From: Eimeria praecox
Taxonomy: Eukaryota
Direction of reading: 5' to 3'
Length of the DNA: 64,000 bases
NCBI GenBank assembly: GCA_963920595.1
Contig: OY986946.1
Location: 5,766,001 to 5,830,000, forward strand
The notes beneath the pieces were generated by a model. The model searched no databases and was not told the DNA's origin. It saw nothing but the letters and a program-made list of their open reading frames with translations. A program made the translations under genes and the position numbers. Of this stretch, positions 59,861 through 64,000 are shown piece by piece (positions within the stretch are counted from its first letter, which is position 1; each line of letters begins with the position of its first letter).

Positions 59861-62800
59861 ATATGAGACATACAATTCACTTGTGTATGGCCAGGGTAGA
59901 TATCCCCCAAATCCCAAAACTATTCTGTCGTTCATACAGCGCGAAACTGCTTGTTGTCCGTGTGCTGCTCCGGTGGAGGCTGGCTATGCTCAGTTCAACA
60001 ATAAATGCTTGCTGTTGTTAGTTGATTTGACGAAATGACAACAAATATTATATTTATATAATTTTGAAAGATAATAAAAACATATTCATGATAACATCAT
60101 GCGTCATGCAGAGCAACAGGGTCGCCAGCCCGTTCGCTGCGAAGCGGCGTTCAGGTTTCCTGTATGCATTGGCACTAGGGGCTTTATACACAGCACACTA
60201 CAGCCATTCAGCATTTAAATTGAAATATAAACATCGAAATTGAGTCGACTTGCCGCATATTTTTCGTGAACTACCAGCACTTCACCGCCTTCGTTAACCC
60301 ACAGGTTCCTCTGTCGCTGCGTCTAGCGAATACGTATTTCTATTGAGGTCATCTGCTTATTCTCTTCCCTTCGCTCCTAAAGGTTTGAAATAAGCTGGAG
60401 TTGATGTTTTCAACAACTCTAACGGATAGAATACGCAGTCCGTTCTGTGTAATATGAGACTAGCGGCCACTGGTCCGGACGCTGAGTCGCGGTGGTAAGG
60501 AAGAGGGGCTGAGTCGCCATGAAAAGTAGCATTGGAAGTCATTAATTATGATTAGTCCCCGTGTAATATACAGAAATGAAGCAGTGGAGTTATTTGTTTC
60601 CCCTCAAATGAAGAGCGTCCTGCAGCCCCAAATACAGCGTGTGGCGCCGCGAACAGCAGGATGCGGGTGGTCGAGGGTCTTAAGAGCTAGTCGCCATTAG
60701 AACGAGTTATTTCATGAACGTGGAGTTGTGAGTTGTTGCAAATAGTAATTTTTGTCATTAATTCCATTAAGTGTAGCACTGAGAACCACCCAGTGTCCCC
60801 CCAGCTGTTTCCTCTCGTCTTCCCGCCTTCCGTCGAGACGCAGCGATCTGACCAGCTGTGCAGTGCACGGCAAGATCAGAAAAAGTTGCCTTTAATTCTT
60901 TTCAGTATTTATTTATTTTCATGTTGGGCTCGTTATGAAGTATATATCTCCATGTTCACTTGTTTCTACCCTGCGGACCCCGTGTGCTTGGCGCCCCCAG
61001 CCACCTCTCGTCCTGTCATTTGTAGCTATACTTACACACACGACTTCTGCTTTTATTGGACTATTCCCCTCTCCCGGCGGACCACCGCACTTGCAGGCTT
61101 TGTTTCTATAGGGTTAACAAGCGGTTGGAAGGCCTCTCCCGCAGGTGATATGCCCTACAGCAGCTCCTTTGAATATGCACAACAGCTGGTGAAACCCTGA
61201 AGCCTTATGGAACGCCGAGTTACAGAGGAAAACACACATCGCTATTTTACGGTTTTTGTATCCCGCGGACTTGATGAAGAAGAAGCAACTCATTTTATCA
61301 GAGCAGGTTTCGACAATCGCACAAACAACTGTTTCGCATTTAACGACGCCGCATCGCCATCGCCACGCATCTTGTAAGCTGTTAGTAACCGTGAGACGAC
61401 CTTTCTTTAGAATACAGAGGGTATATATAATATATATAAATATATGTGTGCTTTGATTATAGTAGCATCCAGTGTATGTGTGCTTCGGCTGGTTTTTCTG
61501 TACTTGAAGATAGCTGCGTGTCTGTCAGCTGCGTTGCTGCGTTGCTTCGTTTTATCCTAGTGGTTCTGTAGAAGGCGAATTAGGAAGAAGAGTATGGTAA
61601 ACTTTGAGGATAAAGAAGGTGGTGTTGACTTGTGCTGATTTTCAGCTTTCTCCATAACATCGGTTTGTGTGCTTTGAAGGTGCGATGCGATGTAGCAGAA
61701 GAAGAAGTTTACGCCAGATGTGCTGTTCTCGTCTTCTCCAGTTTTTTGTGTGTTTATATTTATTCAGATTATAATTCTCTTCTCCATTTTCCAATGCACA
61801 AACCCCCCGAAAAGACAATCAGAAACCTAGCGCTATGTCCTACACAGATTCTCTATCCTAGTAGACACACAGACATAAAGCCCCAAGGCAGCGAGCCAAA
61901 ACCACAAGGTAGCCCCGGAGGAATCAGGTAAATATTCAAAAATTTTCTCGAAATGTCTGTTGTTGTATGGTTATGAGGCGGCGTTTTTGTTTGTAATATC
62001 TTTCTGGAATACGCACTCTACGTGAATAACTCGTTTCATGGATGTGTTGACATATTTAGACAGAAGAATTAACATCGTTAAATAAATAATTATTTTCCAC
62101 ATATTATTTCTTCGATACTTGATAGTATACGTAATACAAGATGTTGAGATTCATGAAAGGAAGACCGGGGGGGGGAGGGGGGGAGAGAGAGAGAGAGAGG
62201 AGAGAGGAAGGCATGGCGTTGTGGGAGTGAAAATAGAAGCTCTTGTTAATTGACTTGGATAAATTTGAATTTTAGAATGTTTGTTCTTTCATTAAAACCC
62301 AGGATTCTTGTTTTCTTCTTGTATTTATTCGAGTCGCCTTGCTGGCATCGCCTCGAGATTGCTGATCTGCACGTGGGCCACTGGCCCGCATCTAAACGGA
62401 TGTGTTCTCATGATGGATTTTTTGTGTTTTTTGATTATTTTGAATATTTCGATTTGTGTGTTTAAATTGAAATTGATTTTATTCATGGGATCGACAAAGC
62501 GGACTGCTGGGGAGGCGCAGGGGGAGCAACGCGGGAGCCGCGCCTGAGGAAACCCGCGAGCCACGGACCGTGGCTACTGGGCAGCCGCTGTTGCTTATCA
62601 GTTTATGATTATGTTTGTTATTTGAATTCTTCTTTATTTTAATTGCATTTAAATGCAGCGGTTTCAACTGGAGGACGTTTAACAGGGTCGTGCGGTGTCT
62701 GCTCAGCGAGTCGCCCATCGGGCTGGTTGGCTGCAGCACGGCGCTCCTCTAGAGGAACACATTCTTCTTTTTCTGTGTTTTCTCTTCTTTCAGGTTTCTT

Positions 62801-63175
62801 CTTGTCTTTTCAAGAACGGGAGAAGGAAGGCAGTACAAATTAGACTCAGCCTTCTTCCTCCATCCCCTGACTTCAAGCAAGCCCGGAGTGCCGCTGTTTC
62901 TGTTTCTTCTATGACTCGCTTTGTCCTCTTTCGCTGTTTTCGCTCCTTCTTCTCCTGTTATTCTTAAGCCCTTGATAAGCCGTTGCAATTACGGCTGTTG
63001 CTGCTGTTGTCGCTGCTGCTGCTGCTCTCACTGCGGCTGCCTGCTGCTGCTCGTCTGCGTCCTCCGGGCTTAGAAACTTGCAGCAGCCATCAAAGGCTGA
63101 GACGAGCCGAGTTGAATTTTTGAAAGCGAGATCAGCAGATCTTCGATTTGTCGCTGTTCTCCGACGTTCGTATGC

Positions 63176-63216
<41 letters not shown>

Positions 63217-63453
63217 CTCCACGGCCATCAGGGCAGCCAGCAAACGGCAGCAGACAACACAGAAAGGCAAACACAGCAGCAAACGTGAAGCCGCAGGTGC
63301 AACACGTCTTGCTGCTGCATTTGAAAACAAAACAACATGGTGGCCTTCATCCATCAGCAAGAGCATCAGCGGCAGCAACAACAACACCAGCAGCAACAAC
63401 CGATTCAACAGCAGCAGCAGCAGCAACAACTACATCACCGGGAACAGCAACAG

Positions 63454-63491
<38 letters not shown>

Positions 63492-63624
63492 GCGGACACC
63501 CACACGCTTCCTGCTCGGCCCATTAGAAGTACCTACCAGCAACAGCAACGAGCCTTGCTTGTTAGATCTTGCAGCAGAAGGAGTGTCTGCTGTCACTGCT
63601 GCTGCTGCAGCGGCTGCTGCGCCT

Positions 63625-63640
63625 ATGGAAGCAGCACCTG

Positions 63641-63674
<34 letters not shown>

Positions 63675-64000
63675 TGAATCGTTGCTCCCTGACTTTCCCT
63701 CCCATGAGCCCATGCTGATGCAGCAAGACACCTCAGTGCTGGATGGCCTTTGCTTTGAAAGCATCGAGACAGTGAACGAGCAGCAGCTAGCGCCGCAGCC
63801 GCAGCGGTTAGGAGTTGCAGCAGCAGCTGCTGCTGCTGCTGCAGCTGCTGCTGCTGCTGCTGCTGAGACCTTTCTTCTTCCAGATTGTAGTCTTCATCCT
63901 CGCGAGGCTCTTCTCCCCTTCTCTCATTCTTTGCTTCACGTCGAACACCAACGTCGGCAGCAACGCCAGCAGCAGCACTTACAGAGCAGGCTGCAGCAGC
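63625..64000 (+). CDS. 5' part of a hypothetical poly-Ala/Gln protein that runs off the window
   Basis: Frame open from the ATG at 63625 to the window end: MEAAPAAAA...ESLLPDFPSHEPMLMQQDTSVLDGLCFESIETVNEQQLAP...HVEHQRRQQRQQQHLQSRLQQ. It is absent from the ORF track because there is no stop. Confidence 0.55.

Noticed and set aside
60357..63429. Short ORFs between the 59 kb gene and 63625
   Set aside because: They lack a consistent splice chain or recognisable domain and are probably promoter or 5' UTR sequence.

Overview
This is eukaryotic, intron-rich DNA with the hallmark repeats of a coccidian (Eimeria-type apicomplexan) chromosome: (CAG/CTG)n tracts encoding poly-Ala/Gln/Ser, interstitial telomere-like (TTTAGGG)n arrays, TGCATGCA palindromes and long (TA)n runs. 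About 1-47 kb is repeat-rich, about 47-63 kb is repeat-poor, and repeats resume at about 63 kb. By manual splicing I reconstruct about 10 genes. Four are recognisable: a divergent NatC auxiliary subunit (NAA35/Mak10; 8997-18145 +), a tRNA pseudouridine-38/39 synthase (Pus3/Deg1, TruA family; 39622-44768 +), rhoptry neck protein 3 (RON3; 46797-56605 -), and a large WD40-like protein that resembles the RNA polymerase I initiation factor TAF1C/Rrn6, with a zinc ribbon inserted in its last blade (28711-38463 -). The TAF1C/Rrn6 candidate lies head-to-head with PUS3 and is the most interesting finding. A dispersed 14-18 bp palindrome (GGTGTAYRTACACC) is scattered through coding and non-coding DNA of the repeat-rich segment. 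All homology calls come from motif recall, not database searches. No rRNA, tRNA, CRISPR array or autonomous transposon was seen.
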